A stretch of DNA of 64,000 nucleotides from assembly GCA_047285535.1 (NCBI GenBank), contig JBJBDC010000001.1, positions 2,368,136 through 2,432,135 of the forward strand. Direction: 5' to 3'. Positions 36,424 to 48,143 of the stretch are shown one piece after another. A program made the position numbers and the translations under genes. How positions within the stretch are numbered: position 1 is the first letter of the stretch; each line of letters opens with the position of its first letter. The DNA comes from Synechococcus sp. Lineage in GTDB: Bacteria; Cyanobacteriota; Cyanobacteriia; PCC-6307; Cyanobiaceae. The notes under the pieces are model-generated. The model did not search any database and had not been told where the DNA came from. It worked only from the letters and a program-made list of their open reading frames with translations.

Positions 36424-37209
36424 ATGATGTCGCAACCGTTGAATTATGAAGCCGGTAAAGATTGCTACATATCGCCAATGGCTGAAATTGAAGAAGGTGT
36501 CGTGATTGGTTCTCGAACCGTAATAGATGGAAATTCCATAACAATTAAATCCAATACACGAATAGAGACTGGATGCATCATAAGTGGAAGTGTTACAATA
36601 GGTTTAAATGCTTTGGTGCGTGCTGGATCAGTGGTTCTTCACGATGTGCCTGCCAACGCAATTGTTCAAGGGAATCCAGCTCAAGTCGTTGGATATCGTC
36701 AAGATTCTCGATCAGGTGATACGTCAGAGCCAAGGCTGATTGATGTGAATCATTATGAAAACAATAATGGTAGACCTGCTCTTGTTTCCTTAGGTGTTGG
36801 AAATTGTTCTCTTCATTTGATGAGGCGGCTAAGTGATACCCGAGGTTCTCTTTCTGTGGGAGAAGTCCAAAGAGAACTCCCTTTTCCCCCAGAAAGGTAC
36901 TTTGCAGTTTATGACGTTCCTTCCGTGGAACTTCGAGGTGAACACGCTCATAAACAATGTGAGCAATTCCTTTTATGCTTACATGGTTCTTGTCGAATAC
37001 TATTGGATGATGGCACTAATCGTTGCGAGGTAATCCTAGATAGGCCAGACGTTGGAGTTTATATGCCTTCGATGATATGGGGAACTCAGTATCGATATAC
37101 CCGTGATGCTGTTTTATTTGTTTTTGCTTCACAGGTCTATGATCCAGGTGATTATATAAGAGATTATGATGAATTTAAAATTCAAAAGTCTAGCCACGAG
37201 TTAGATTAA
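36424..37209 (+). CDS. WxcM-like fusion: short hexapeptide domain plus FdtA-type 3,4-ketoisomerase cupin
   Basis: GNPAQVVGY, then DTRGSL, RGEHAHK, YIRDYDEF. Confidence 0.85.
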   Translation: MMSQPLNYEAGKDCYISPMAEIEEGVVIGSRTVIDGNSITIKSNTRIETGCIISGSVTIGLNALVRAGSVVLHDVPANAIVQGNPAQVVGYRQDSRSGDTSEPRLIDVNHYENNNGRPALVSLGVGNCSLHLMRRLSDTRGSLSVGEVQRELPFPPERYFAVYDVPSVELRGEHAHKQCEQFLLCLHGSCRILLDDGTNRCEVILDRPDVGVYMPSMIWGTQYRYTRDAVLFVFASQVYDPGDYIRDYDEFKIQKSSHELD

Positions 37210-37246
37210 TTCTTGTGCTCTAGCTTTATTCTCTCTTGAATTCTGA

Positions 37247-38368
37247 ATGTCTTCTAAGTCTAAGGTCCCATTTCTAGATCTCAAAGAATCATATCTAGAA
37301 ATCAAAGATGAGATTGATGTTGCTGTTGGGCGTGTTCTGGATTCTGGCTGGTATGTCCTCGGTGCAGAGGTAGAGGCATTCGAGTCTGAGTGGGCAGCCT
37401 ATTGCGGAGCCTCCCATGCAGTAGGCGTTGCGAACGGATTAGATGCACTTACTTTAGCTTTACGTTCATTGAATGTCGGACCTGGCGATGAAGTTATCGT
37501 GCCCTCAAATACATATATTGCCACTTGGCTTGCAGTATCGGCGGTTGGCGCGACCCCGGTGCCAGTCGAGCCTGACCCGTCTACCTACAATATTGACTTA
37601 GAGCGTCTTGAAGTCGCAATAACTCCCCGTACGCGAGCGCTGTTGCCAGTTCATCTTTATGGACAACCCGTCGATATAAATCCAATTCTAGATATTGCAC
37701 GACGCCACAAGTTGCGTGTTGTTGAAGATGCTGCTCAGGCCCACGGTGCTTTTTACAAGGGTCGTCGTATCGGCGCACATGGAGACATTGTCTGCTGGAG
37801 TTTCTATCCCGGCAAAAATTTAGGCGCTCTTGGAGATGCAGGTGCGATCACTACAAACGACGCCGAGCTGGCGGCGCGCGTGTCGATGCTACGTAACTAC
37901 GGATCGCGCCAGAAATACATCAATGAGGAAGCGGGCGTCAATTCCCGGCTAGACCCTCTGCAGGCGGCGATTCTCCGTGTCAAGCTGCAATTCTTAGATG
38001 AGTGGACAACGCGTCGTCGTGCCATTGCGAACCTGTATGAACAGGGTCTTTCTGGCAGCGGGCTGACTTTGCCTCAGGTACCCGATTGGGCAGATCCTGT
38101 CTGGCATCTGTATGTTGTGCGCAGTGTGAATCGCGATCGTCTTCAGGCGCATCTCACGGCAGAAGGCATCGGTACGTTGATCCATTACCCGATTCCGCCA
38201 CATATGCAGGTCGCCTACGCTGGCTTGGGATTTGACCCGGACGATTTGCCGCTGGCGCGGGATCTAGCCGCTCAGGTCATCAGTTTGCCGATGGGGCCAC
38301 ATCTCAATACAGAGCAGGTTGCTGGGGTCATAGAGGTGATTGCGTCTTGCGCTGAAGAGCGGGAATGA
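37247..38368 (+). CDS. DegT/FdtB-family sugar aminotransferase
   Basis: [34 protein letters not shown]. Confidence 0.93.
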   Translation: MSSKSKVPFLDLKESYLEIKDEIDVAVGRVLDSGWYVLGAEVEAFESEWAAYCGASHAVGVANGLDALTLALRSLNVGPGDEVIVPSNTYIATWLAVSAVGATPVPVEPDPSTYNIDLERLEVAITPRTRALLPVHLYGQPVDINPILDIARRHKLRVVEDAAQAHGAFYKGRRIGAHGDIVCWSFYPGKNLGALGDAGAITTNDAELAARVSMLRNYGSRQKYINEEAGVNSRLDPLQAAILRVKLQFLDEWTTRRRAIANLYEQGLSGSGLTLPQVPDWADPVWHLYVVRSVNRDRLQAHLTAEGIGTLIHYPIPPHMQVAYAGLGFDPDDLPLARDLAAQVISLPMGPHLNTEQVAGVIEVIASCAEERE

Positions 38369-39366
38369 GCGATCAACTTGACATATACGGCGCCCCTGTT
38401 CTGGCCCATGGAAGTCACGCTCTACCGCGAGTCACGTTGGCGCTTTTTACCTATAAACAGCAGACCTATGTTCGCTCTGCCGTGCAAGGTGCACTTGCTC
38501 AAGATTATGAAGGGCCATTGGAAATCATTCTTTCTGATGACGGCTCGCCCGATGAAACATTTGCTGTGATGCAGCAATTAGCTCGCAGCTACAGGGGCCC
38601 GCATCATTTACGTTTGAACCGTAACAATCCGAATCTTGGCTTGTGCTCGCATGTCAATCGCGTGCTGGCCATGGCGCAAGGTGAAATCATCGTAATGGCC
38701 GCCGGAGATGACATCTCATTGCCCAGTCGTGTTACGGAAACTGTCGCGGCTTTCGCCCGCCATCCCAAAGCCATGGCTGTGTCATTCACGGATATTCAAA
38801 TTGATGATGATGGTCACGAGCTTTACATCCCACCTTCTGAAGGGTTGGAGGAGATAATTGATTTGAGCATGTTTCTTGCTGCCGGTGTACGTGCGCAAGG
38901 ACATCTGGGATTGAGTGGTGCCTCACGTGCTTTCCGTCGCGATATCTATGACCAGTTTGGTGACCTTCGATCTGATTGTCCGGCTGAGGATACTCCGTAT
39001 CTGCGTCGTGCCCTTTATCTCGGTAGTTGCGTTCGTTGCGATTGGGCTGGGATTCGCTACCGGATTCATACGTGTCAAATGTCTACGCGGAGCAATATTG
39101 CTTTAATGAATTCACAGATATTCAAGTTGCAATATCTCGATGATCTAAACACCCTTTTAGGTCTCGGCATCACAAACCTGCCACTGAAGCGCATTCGCGC
39201 TCATATTGAAGGTGAAGCTATCGAATTCGAGCTTCGTGGGCTGAGGCAATCGGGTAGGCCGCCTTATCTTTGGTTGACACTTCGCATTATCCCTGCAGCA
39301 GATTTCCGAATTCGCGAGAAACTTGGCCTTTTAAAGCGATTTCTGCTAAGGAAAGAGATCCCATGA
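38365..39366 (+). CDS. GT2 glycosyltransferase
   Basis: [26 protein letters not shown] overlap with the upstream gene. Confidence 0.85.
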   Translation: MSDQLDIYGAPVLAHGSHALPRVTLALFTYKQQTYVRSAVQGALAQDYEGPLEIILSDDGSPDETFAVMQQLARSYRGPHHLRLNRNNPNLGLCSHVNRVLAMAQGEIIVMAAGDDISLPSRVTETVAAFARHPKAMAVSFTDIQIDDDGHELYIPPSEGLEEIIDLSMFLAAGVRAQGHLGLSGASRAFRRDIYDQFGDLRSDCPAEDTPYLRRALYLGSCVRCDWAGIRYRIHTCQMSTRSNIALMNSQIFKLQYLDDLNTLLGLGITNLPLKRIRAHIEGEAIEFELRGLRQSGRPPYLWLTLRIIPAADFRIREKLGLLKRFLLRKEIP

Positions 39367-39977
39367 ATCGATTTATTATTATGTTTATGCGCAAGGCCTG
39401 GTACGCAGGCAAGGATTTTTTTAGTAGTCCCAGACAATTTATTGAGACTATTGTAAATAGTCATTATTCTACTGATTATGAGCGCTGGTCATGTAATGAC
39501 AATCTGCAGGTTGGCTGGGATGAGCGTACGAAAATGATGGCTGCCTTCATTCCTTCGGGTGCTTCGGTCATCGAATTTGGATCTGGCGCCCAGGTGCTAC
39601 GAAATATCCTGCCCGAAGGGTGTAGCTATCAACCATATGACTTGGTTGCTCGCACTCCGAATACACTTGTTTGCGACTTGAATAGCTGGTACCCAGATAT
39701 TGCCGGTGATGCTGATGTAACGGTCTTTTCAGGAGTTCTGGAATATGTCCACGACCTACCGGGCTTATTTGATTGGTTACACGGATCCGTGAAGCAAATT
39801 ATTTTTAGTTATGCCACCTATGAACACACGCCAAGTCTGCTTGAGCGCCGAAAGAATGGTTGGGTTAATGATTTTACTGAAGATCAAATCTTACAACTTA
39901 CAAACCGCACGGGTTTTCATGGTGGTGCTGTTACCCGCTGGCGCGGGCATGTGATATTTGTCGTAAAGAGCTTATGA
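39363..39977 (+). CDS. Class I SAM-dependent methyltransferase
   Basis: VIEFGSG, CDLN, FSGVLEY; ATGA-coupled start. Confidence 0.72.
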   Translation: MNRFIIMFMRKAWYAGKDFFSSPRQFIETIVNSHYSTDYERWSCNDNLQVGWDERTKMMAAFIPSGASVIEFGSGAQVLRNILPEGCSYQPYDLVARTPNTLVCDLNSWYPDIAGDADVTVFSGVLEYVHDLPGLFDWLHGSVKQIIFSYATYEHTPSLLERRKNGWVNDFTEDQILQLTNRTGFHGGAVTRWRGHVIFVVKSL

Positions 39978-41155
39978 AAATCACTATTTTCGGCTCTTAT
40001 AACGGCACTTCAATTGGTGACACTGCAATTCTCTTAGGGCTTCTGCACGGGATTGCACAGGCGGCCCCAGAGGCGCTGGTTACGGTGCTGACGATGGGGC
40101 CAATCGATCTGTCCCGTGATTTGTTCATGACCGGTCTGGTGCATCCTCCGCGTCTTGTGCGTGCCAATAGCCATGCAGCCGCCGAATGGCCTGTCCTTAG
40201 ATCACTTTGGTGGCGATTGAGCCATCTTGGCTTACCGCTGAATACATCGTTCAACCATATGCGTGTCTGTAAAGCGTTAATGAATCAGGATTTGTTGATC
40301 ATCGGAGGGGGGAATCTGTTGATGGATTTGTACGTAGGCAACGTTGATCTGATTGAGAATATTACGGATACCGCGAAGGCGACAGCTACGCCCTTCTGCT
40401 TCGCTGGCGTGGGCGCGGGGCCTCTCACGCAACCTTCCTCGGCGGCACGGCTTTCGGATTGCCTGGATTCAGCACAGCAAGTGATAGTGCGAGATGCGCT
40501 GTCTCATGCATTGACCGGTAGCGTTCTTCAGCACCCAGATACGCACTGCGCGCCTGACTTAGCTTTTGCCTTGCCTGCTCATGAAAGTCATTCTTCACAG
40601 CGCGATACTTTGGCAGTCAATGTCGCTGCTGTCGGAGCTTCCACATGGCCAGTGCACGATGAGTCCGGCTATGAGCGTTATCTCGACGGAATGATCCGCT
40701 TGGTTCTCAGTGCAGCGGAGAAGATTCAGCCTGCGCTTATTGAGATCATTACTACGAACCCTGAGGTCGATCAATGCGCTGCGCAGGATTTAGCCAACCG
40801 GCTGGCTGTCCAGTCTCCGCTTCCGCTGCCTGTGCGAATCCCAGATTTGCATGACGTCACTGATGTTCTCGTCGCTTTTAGACGCGCGAAGTTTGCCATT
40901 GTTACGCGATTACATGCTGGGATCATGGCCTCCTTAGCCGGGGTGCCAGTGCTACCTGTCTCCTATCAACCAAAGGTGAGAGCAGTGCTGGATGAGGTAG
41001 GTATTGCCAAGCAGGCGCTCATGCTGAATGAGCTTCAAGACCCTGATCATGTAGTAGGCGATGTGCTGGATCTTGCCATTCAGCAAGGAGCTGGCCTGCG
41101 CTCTGAGATTCGCATGCAGGTACTGGATGCGATCCGAGAGCTGTTGCCCGTTTAA
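39974..41155 (+). CDS. Polysaccharide pyruvyl transferase (CsaB/WcaK family)
   Basis: GSYNGTSIGD, GGGNL, GVGAGPL, VRD, PDLAF, RLHAGI, YQPKV. Confidence 0.88.
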   Translation: MKITIFGSYNGTSIGDTAILLGLLHGIAQAAPEALVTVLTMGPIDLSRDLFMTGLVHPPRLVRANSHAAAEWPVLRSLWWRLSHLGLPLNTSFNHMRVCKALMNQDLLIIGGGNLLMDLYVGNVDLIENITDTAKATATPFCFAGVGAGPLTQPSSAARLSDCLDSAQQVIVRDALSHALTGSVLQHPDTHCAPDLAFALPAHESHSSQRDTLAVNVAAVGASTWPVHDESGYERYLDGMIRLVLSAAEKIQPALIEIITTNPEVDQCAAQDLANRLAVQSPLPLPVRIPDLHDVTDVLVAFRRAKFAIVTRLHAGIMASLAGVPVLPVSYQPKVRAVLDEVGIAKQALMLNELQDPDHVVGDVLDLAIQQGAGLRSEIRMQVLDAIRELLPV

Positions 41156-41915
41156 CATGAAAGTTTATGTGATTCGATTATAGCAACTAGATATCAATTT
41201 GCTTGGAATAGTTCTATGCCTATTGTGAAATCATGAGCAGCGAAGTTGTCGTGCTCTTCGATTGATTGTTGTCGTATTTTGTAGTGGTCATTATTTATTC
41301 CATCTTGCATGTCGTCTTTGTCATCGCTAATCCCTTCATGAGACCACCAAGCAAGGTCTCATTGAGACTATTTTAAAATTTTGCATGCCGCAAACTTAAA
41401 TTAAATTACGCTTATAATTCAGCTATGAGCATAAATCATGTGATGAGATCCATGACTATTCGTTTGCGGGGTGGATTCACGATTCCCTAGCAATATTTGC
41501 ATGTTTGTAAATATCTTATTTAAAAAGCGATAATGCTTGGGGCTAGGCAAGCAAGTTTCAATCATTGCATTCATGTTTCCCAATGATTTCATCCTTGGTG
41601 ATGCTATTGTCTTTAATATTGCATTCTCTTCTCCTTGTTTCTTTTATGGATATTTCAGAGAATCTTGTATATGCATGCTGGGCTACTGTAATTTCAAATT
41701 TTTGCTAGCGCTTAAAGATCATCTAGCGGTCGGCATTCTTGCCGAAGTATCGTATGTTTACTGTCTTTCGTACCCTTAGATTCTTGTTGGTATATAATTA
41801 GTCCTTGGCAAGGATATATATGGGTTTTGGAACCATACAATATTATCGCAATTGTTCTAAAGGCATGCAAAGCAAGGACGCTTCGCCTGTTACCATATAT
41901 TAATGGGTATGATCA

Positions 41916-43079
41916 ATGGTGAATTCTTCTAAGCCATCGGTGTTGCATATTGCCGGATGGTACCCTAATCCATATGGTGGTCAAACTGAAGGGATCTTTA
42001 TTCGTAACCAGATCGACTTGTTCAGTGAAGTAATTGATGCTGATCTTGTTGTAGTTCAAGTACGAGTTGGTGATAATTTTTTCCCTTGTTATAAGCATCT
42101 CAAATTTGAAAACGGTGCTGATGGTCACTTTCTTTTTACTCGTTTCTCGAATGGCAGTAAGATTTCTAACTTCCTAAACACCCTTCTTTTGCAATATGTG
42201 TTGTTGAGAAAACGTGCTTGGAGATACCGAATATTTCACTTTCATATAGCGATCCCTAATCTTCTTCACGTAGGAGTATGGGGCAAGTTCTGGAGAAAAA
42301 AAATCATAATTTCAGAGCATTGGAGCGCCTACCATTTTAACTTTTCGCTTCAGGAGAATGTTGATAATCTTAAATTGCTTAGGCAGCCCTTTCAATACGG
42401 ATTTCCAACTTTGGTTGTCTCCGAGTCTCTGGGGCGTGATATTAGGCGTTTTTCATCAAGAAATGATTTTGCCATTGACATAATCCCTAATGCTGTACCT
42501 CGAAATGCGTATCGCGAGAGAAAGCAAAACCATGTCCCTTCTTTATTCACTGCGAATAGATGGGTTAAAATAAAAAATCCAATCCCTATGCTCAAAGGTT
42601 TAGCTAATTCAATTAGTAGGGGAAATCTTTTTTATTTACATATTGGTGGTGATGGAGTCTTGCTGCAAGAGATGAAGGATTTCGTTTTGTCAAGTAGCCT
42701 TGCAAATTTTACAATCTTTTATGGATGGATGACTCCTACACAAATATCTGAAAGGTTGAAATATTCAGATGGCCTTATATATAATTCCTACTATGAAACA
42801 TTTTCAATTGCCTGTGCGCAAGCTCTTTGTGCCGGTGTTCCTTTAATTGGTCCAGACATCCCAGCAATATGTGAATATACATCTGAAGCCAACCGCGTGA
42901 GTGTCTTAGGTCATACAAGTCAACATTGGAGTGACGCAATAAAGCAATTTACTTTGCGGTACAATTCTGGTGGATTTGATCCTTTTCAAATATCAAAAAT
43001 TGCTTGCCATCGATTTGATCCAGAGTTGATTAAGCAGAGCTACAAAGCAATCCTGAAAAGAGAGGACATTTTTATGTGA
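41916..43079 (+). CDS. GT4 glycosyltransferase
   Basis: WYPNP...GIFI, SEHWS, IPNAV, ETFSIACAQALCAGVP. Confidence 0.82.
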   Translation: MVNSSKPSVLHIAGWYPNPYGGQTEGIFIRNQIDLFSEVIDADLVVVQVRVGDNFFPCYKHLKFENGADGHFLFTRFSNGSKISNFLNTLLLQYVLLRKRAWRYRIFHFHIAIPNLLHVGVWGKFWRKKIIISEHWSAYHFNFSLQENVDNLKLLRQPFQYGFPTLVVSESLGRDIRRFSSRNDFAIDIIPNAVPRNAYRERKQNHVPSLFTANRWVKIKNPIPMLKGLANSISRGNLFYLHIGGDGVLLQEMKDFVLSSSLANFTIFYGWMTPTQISERLKYSDGLIYNSYYETFSIACAQALCAGVPLIGPDIPAICEYTSEANRVSVLGHTSQHWSDAIKQFTLRYNSGGFDPFQISKIACHRFDPELIKQSYKAILKREDIFM

Positions 43080-43802
43080 GGCCTGCTCACTCATACAGAC
43101 TCTTCAAAAGTTATGACGACAATCAACGATATTTTTTAGCCATTTTGGCAGGATTATTCTAAGAGCGTCTTTGCTGAAATCCAATTAATTAAAGGAATTC
43201 ATTCGTTTTATTGAAAGTTGCCTAGAATTGCTTGAGAGAGAAAGTAATTCTCTTTTTGGGTTTGCGAGCCTTTAATGGCCATGTTCGCGGTTTAAATTGT
43301 AATTTTTTGCCAATGCATGAATTGTGAATTAAATGATCATCTATTTTCTCTCTTCTGGCGAGCACCAGCACTCTTGATATGAAGAGAAGTTTATTCATGC
43401 CTTACGCCTAGTATGCCTGACTTTCGATCTATGCATTGTTAGATGTTGTTTGTGAACATTAAACACGTAGAGATTCTGGGTGGCTTTGTTGATGGAAATT
43501 GCTAATACATTTTCACGTTTGGACACATCTCGTTAGTAATTTGTTTTAATTTTTTATCTCTTGTCGCGGCTGTTGTTGCGTTGCGATGCTGCATTCAATA
43601 AAGATGAATTGGAATCAGGCTTAGTTTTGACAGATGTAGACATCATGTCGTAAAATTTTTTTAACCTAATCTCAAGGATTGTTTGCTTTGATTAAATGCC
43701 AATCTCTTGTTGTGGTCGTTTCTGGCTTTGGGTCTACGATCTCTTCTCGCCTGTCACGAGATTGATGCAACTTCGCTGATCAATTACGATTTAAATTTGA
43801 AC

Positions 43803-44639
43803 ATGAATTACTTGCCTAATGAGTTTAAGTCAAAAGCGTTGAGATTACTGCTGAATGCCGGCATAGTTGTGACTAGAAAGGATACATTTGATCGGCTTGT
43901 GAAGAGTGAAAGATCGCTCCAGCACTATAAGAATTTTATCGCTTTTTCTCAGGCGATTAATATTAGTCACGTTAAACGCGCGCTTGACCTTTTGCCATTT
44001 TCTCGAGGAGAAATTTTTCAAGATATCTTTGTCATGCTCTGTTTAGAACGAAATGATCCAGGCTTTTTTGTTGAATTTGGTGCAACAGATGGATTGGAAG
44101 GTAGCAATACATGGCTCATGGAGAAAAAGTTTGGATGGAATGGTATTGTTGCGGAACCAGGCCGTGTTTGGAAGGAAAGATTGGCTCGTAATCGGAGTTG
44201 CATAATCGAGTCAGATTGTGTTTGGTCAGAAACAGGAAAACAGCTTGAATTCAGACAGGCTAATGATGCTGGGTTTTCTACTCTCTCTACATACGCGGAT
44301 AAAGATAGACACGCCCTCCATCGTTCAAATTGTCAAACATATTTTGTGGAGACTGTTTCGTTGCACGACATGCTTTTGCGATCAAATTCTCCTAAAAAAA
44401 TTGATTATATAAGTATCGATACTGAAGGCAGTGAATTTGATATTCTTTCCAGTTTTCCATTTGAACAGTGGGATATTTCTATTTTAACAGTGGAGCACAA
44501 TTTTCGAGCTGATAGAGAGAATATGCAGAAACTAATGCAATCTCATGGTTTTGTGCGTGTTCTCCCTGACCTTTCCAAATTTGATGATTGGTACGTTTCC
44601 CCAGAGTTAGTATCAAAAGTCAATTCTGTATTCTCTTAA
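43803..44639 (+). CDS. FkbM-family methyltransferase
   Basis: FVEFGATDG..SNT, IDYISIDTEGSEF, TVEHN. Confidence 0.88.
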   Translation: MNYLPNEFKSKALRLLLNAGIVVTRKDTFDRLVKSERSLQHYKNFIAFSQAINISHVKRALDLLPFSRGEIFQDIFVMLCLERNDPGFFVEFGATDGLEGSNTWLMEKKFGWNGIVAEPGRVWKERLARNRSCIIESDCVWSETGKQLEFRQANDAGFSTLSTYADKDRHALHRSNCQTYFVETVSLHDMLLRSNSPKKIDYISIDTEGSEFDILSSFPFEQWDISILTVEHNFRADRENMQKLMQSHGFVRVLPDLSKFDDWYVSPELVSKVNSVFS

Positions 44640-44656
44640 AGTATTAGGTGTTTTTC

Positions 44657-45598
44657 ATGAGCAACAACTTTTGGGCAAGTAACAAGAATGAAATTGTTTA
44701 TGTTTACCGGAGAAAGAGGGCAATTAAGGATTTGTTTGATGATATTATTGACCTGTGGATTTCTAGGCGACTAGCAAGGAATTCGCGCAAATTTGATCTG
44801 GCAAGAAATGCAAAGATTGCTGTATTTGCAAACGACTATATAGGAATACAGATGATACAGCATGGCTTTTTTGAAAAAAATGCCTTGGATATGGTTTTTA
44901 GCTTCTTAGCTCCAATTCTGCAAGATATTAAAAGTGCAACTGCTCTTGATATTGGTGCAAATATTGGAAACCACTCACTTTATTTTTCACGATATTTTTC
45001 TACTGTTCAGGCATTTGAACCCCACCCTAGGGTTTATGACTTGCTTGCGTTTAATGCGCAGGTGGTTCCTAATATTGACGTTTTCAACTTTGGGCTTGGC
45101 GATAGTCCAAGTCTTGTAGAGCTTAATGAGAATTGGGCAAATATGGGCTCTGCTTCGATTAAGTACATCTGGACTGAATCATCGAATAAAGTTACTGCGA
45201 AAGTTGCTCTTGTAGATGATGTCTGCGCAGAAATTGATGAGATCGCTTTGATGAAAATTGATGTTGAAGGGTTTGAGCCTCATGTATTACGTGGTGCTCG
45301 GAAAACTATCAGAAAACATCAACCATTAATATTAATAGAGCAACTACAGTCAGAGTTTGTCAATGGCTCTACGGAGTCCATAGAGGCTCTATCACAAGAG
45401 GGTTATATTTTTTGCTGGCACGAGTCATGGGCTTCTTCCCATAACTGGATACAACGTCGAATCAATACGTTCCGTAACTTGTTACTAGGAGCTACATACG
45501 ATTATAATTTTATCTGTGGAGATTGCCCTCCAGCAGCAACACATGAGATGCTTATTGCGGTGCCTCGTCGATTCCAGAATCAGCTTCTTTCTCGATGA
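44657..45598 (+). CDS. FkbM-family methyltransferase
   Basis: ALDIGANIGNHS, AFEP, MKIDVEGFE. Confidence 0.9.
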   Translation: MSNNFWASNKNEIVYVYRRKRAIKDLFDDIIDLWISRRLARNSRKFDLARNAKIAVFANDYIGIQMIQHGFFEKNALDMVFSFLAPILQDIKSATALDIGANIGNHSLYFSRYFSTVQAFEPHPRVYDLLAFNAQVVPNIDVFNFGLGDSPSLVELNENWANMGSASIKYIWTESSNKVTAKVALVDDVCAEIDEIALMKIDVEGFEPHVLRGARKTIRKHQPLILIEQLQSEFVNGSTESIEALSQEGYIFCWHESWASSHNWIQRRINTFRNLLLGATYDYNFICGDCPPAATHEMLIAVPRRFQNQLLSR

Positions 45599-46413
45599 AA
45601 AAAATTATTTCGCTTACTTCTATTCCTTCCCGGTTTCTTGACATAGACTTTAAAAATACTCTTATATCTTTGGTTCAGCAGGGATCAGATGAAGTTAGGC
45701 TTTATATCCCTTATGCATATCGCCGTTTCCCAGATTGGGATGGCACATTGCCCGAAGTCCCATTTGGAGTGACAATATGTCGTTGTGATGAAGATCTAGG
45801 ACCTGCAACTAAAATACTGCCTGCTTGCCGAGATCTAAGAGCAGAGCAAGCCCAAATTCTTTTTTGTGATGATGATTGTTTATGTGAGAGAGGATGGGCG
45901 AAGCGATTATTTAAAGTTCAGGGCAAACGTGCCAACCAAGCAGTAGCTACTTATGTCCGTTCGGCCGAGGGTTATGTTTCTAACAGGGTTTATTCCAAAC
46001 AAAGACCACTTGCTTGGCAACTTCCCATCTTATTTGATATCCCATATCGTGTATCTCGTTTATTTAATAAGATGTTTGGGACCAAAGTACTCAAGAGAAG
46101 GCCTTTTGTTCTTCCAGGGTATGGTGACATCTTTTTTGGAGCAGGTGGTGTTGTTGTTAGACCCCATTTTTTTGATGACGTAGCTTTTGATATTCCACCA
46201 GAGGCATGGCTAGTAGATGATGTTTGGCTTTCAGCGAACCTAGCTAGAGTCGGCATTAGTATATTTTGTCCATGGATGGGCGCTTTACCTAAACCAACTA
46301 GAATGTGTGACAAGAATGCTCTATTAGATGTTAGGTTTCTAGGGCATGATCGGCAAGGTCTTAATTCACTTGCTGCGAAAACTTGCCAAATTAAATTTGG
46401 AATATGGAGTTGA
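45595..46413 (+). CDS. GT-A fold glycosyltransferase
   Basis: ISLTSIPSR, DLGPATK, FCDDD, VDDVWLS. Confidence 0.7.
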   Translation: MKKIISLTSIPSRFLDIDFKNTLISLVQQGSDEVRLYIPYAYRRFPDWDGTLPEVPFGVTICRCDEDLGPATKILPACRDLRAEQAQILFCDDDCLCERGWAKRLFKVQGKRANQAVATYVRSAEGYVSNRVYSKQRPLAWQLPILFDIPYRVSRLFNKMFGTKVLKRRPFVLPGYGDIFFGAGGVVVRPHFFDDVAFDIPPEAWLVDDVWLSANLARVGISIFCPWMGALPKPTRMCDKNALLDVRFLGHDRQGLNSLAAKTCQIKFGIWS

Positions 46414-46905
46414 CTTACCCTTCGCTAAATGTTTGTCAATCTGCATTGGGCTGGCTTGGATAGTGATATGCGTCATGTGTTCGGTCGTCAATAATTGTTA
46501 GTATTTAGCCTTAATGCGTTATTGTGTTTTGTTTCTCTCAAGACTAATTATTGTAGGTAAAAGTAGTGAATTTCTATTGAGCAAATTCATTTATTTGTGT
46601 CCTGTTAATTTCCCCCTAAGTGCTTATTCAGGGCGTTGCTAGATTCTGTTCTAGTTTTAAAATCTTGAAATCGTGTCGTTTGTTGAGTATGGGTGCTGTT
46701 CTTGTCTTTTATTTGATTAGCATGGAACCATGACTTTGTTTTGGCTGATCCAATCTAAAATGTTTGTGTTTCGCGATTAAGTTTCTTTTTGTTCTTGCTG
46801 GACTCATTTTTAGAGAGGCTGTTTGGTCTAATTACCTTTGAATATCAGGTGTTTGCCTCTTTCTCCTCTTTAAGTACAATTGTATGAGATTTACTCTGTA
46901 GGGCC

Positions 46906-48138
46906 ATGAAGAATCGTACCGTAGTCATTTTTCTCTATAACCGATTATTTGACCCTTTGATTCAAGGGAATTTTTGGCTTTATATTCGTAACCTTCTTGA
47001 TAATCCATTGCAGGGAATCAGTTTCCACCTTGTTACTTATGAGGATTCTCGCTTTCCTCTTACTTCGGAGCAAAAGTATGAGGTGGAACTTTGGAAACAA
47101 CAAGGGCTTACCTGGTCTGCGCTGACATGGCATCCTGGGACCGGGCTTACTCAAAAGCTTAAGGACGTTTTAGCTGGATGGCGTGTTCTGATTCGACTTA
47201 GATTGTTAGGTGCGAAGGGAATTGTCACATTAGGATCTATTGCGGGTTCGTATGGATATCTATATGCACGCAGTCTTGGAATGCGACTGTTCCTTTACCA
47301 GTTTGAGCCACATAGCGAATATGCTGTTGACAATGGAATGTGGCCAGAAGGTAGTGCGCAGCAACGTATCGCATCGGCTTTAGAACGTAAGGCCGCACGT
47401 TTTGCCACTGTGATTGCCTCTGGTACTCGCTATATGCAAGAGCGCTTGAACAAAGAATGGCATGCTAAAGGCGAATTTGTGAAATTGCCAACAGTTGCTA
47501 ACGATCTAAAATTCACCTTTGATCAAACTCTTCGCGTGGAGACGCGTCATCGACTTGGGTTTAGCGATGATACGTCAGTGCTGTTTTATCCCGGTAAATT
47601 TGGTGGTCTTTATTACAAAGAAGAGGTAGCATGGATGTTTCGGTGGTTGCTTGATATGGATTCAAGTCTGCACTTCTTAATTGTCACTCCGCACAGCGAT
47701 GATGAAGTTCACGCCCTTTTTCTTGAAGCGGGAGTTAAAAGGAATTCATACACCGTTTGTCATAGCGATTATCCTGATATTCATAAGTATTATTTTGCTG
47801 CAGATTTTGCTGTGATCTCAGTTCCGCCAGGACCGTCGAAAAAGTTTATCTCTAATATTAAGGTTGGTGAGTATCTATGTGCAGGCTTGCCTTTCCTAAT
47901 CACTCGAGGTGTTTCAGAAGATCATCTTGTTGCAGAAGAAAAGAATGTTGGTGTAGTTGTCGATGATTTTGTGGAGCCCGATATCAAAGCGGCTTGGCCT
48001 AAGATTAAATTATATCTAGATCAATCTCCGGACGAACGGCGTTCTCACTGTCGAGCGGAAGGCCTGAGTTATCGCGGATTCGACACACTCAATCCTCGCT
48101 TTCGATCTGCTATTGAAACTCTTGTCCAGGCCTTTTGA
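46906..48138 (+). CDS. GT4-like glycosyltransferase
   Basis: GT-B layout; YPGKFGG, SNIKVGEYLCAGLP. Confidence 0.78.
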   Translation: MKNRTVVIFLYNRLFDPLIQGNFWLYIRNLLDNPLQGISFHLVTYEDSRFPLTSEQKYEVELWKQQGLTWSALTWHPGTGLTQKLKDVLAGWRVLIRLRLLGAKGIVTLGSIAGSYGYLYARSLGMRLFLYQFEPHSEYAVDNGMWPEGSAQQRIASALERKAARFATVIASGTRYMQERLNKEWHAKGEFVKLPTVANDLKFTFDQTLRVETRHRLGFSDDTSVLFYPGKFGGLYYKEEVAWMFRWLLDMDSSLHFLIVTPHSDDEVHALFLEAGVKRNSYTVCHSDYPDIHKYYFAADFAVISVPPGPSKKFISNIKVGEYLCAGLPFLITRGVSEDHLVAEEKNVGVVVDDFVEPDIKAAWPKIKLYLDQSPDERRSHCRAEGLSYRGFDTLNPRFRSAIETLVQAF

Positions 48139-48143
48139 CCTCT

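Noticed and set aside
46410..46423. TTGACTTACCCTTC repeated at 63919-63932, both at gene ends
   Set aside because: Several 14-bp repeats are expected by chance in this length. Only two copies were found, with no attC-like structure.
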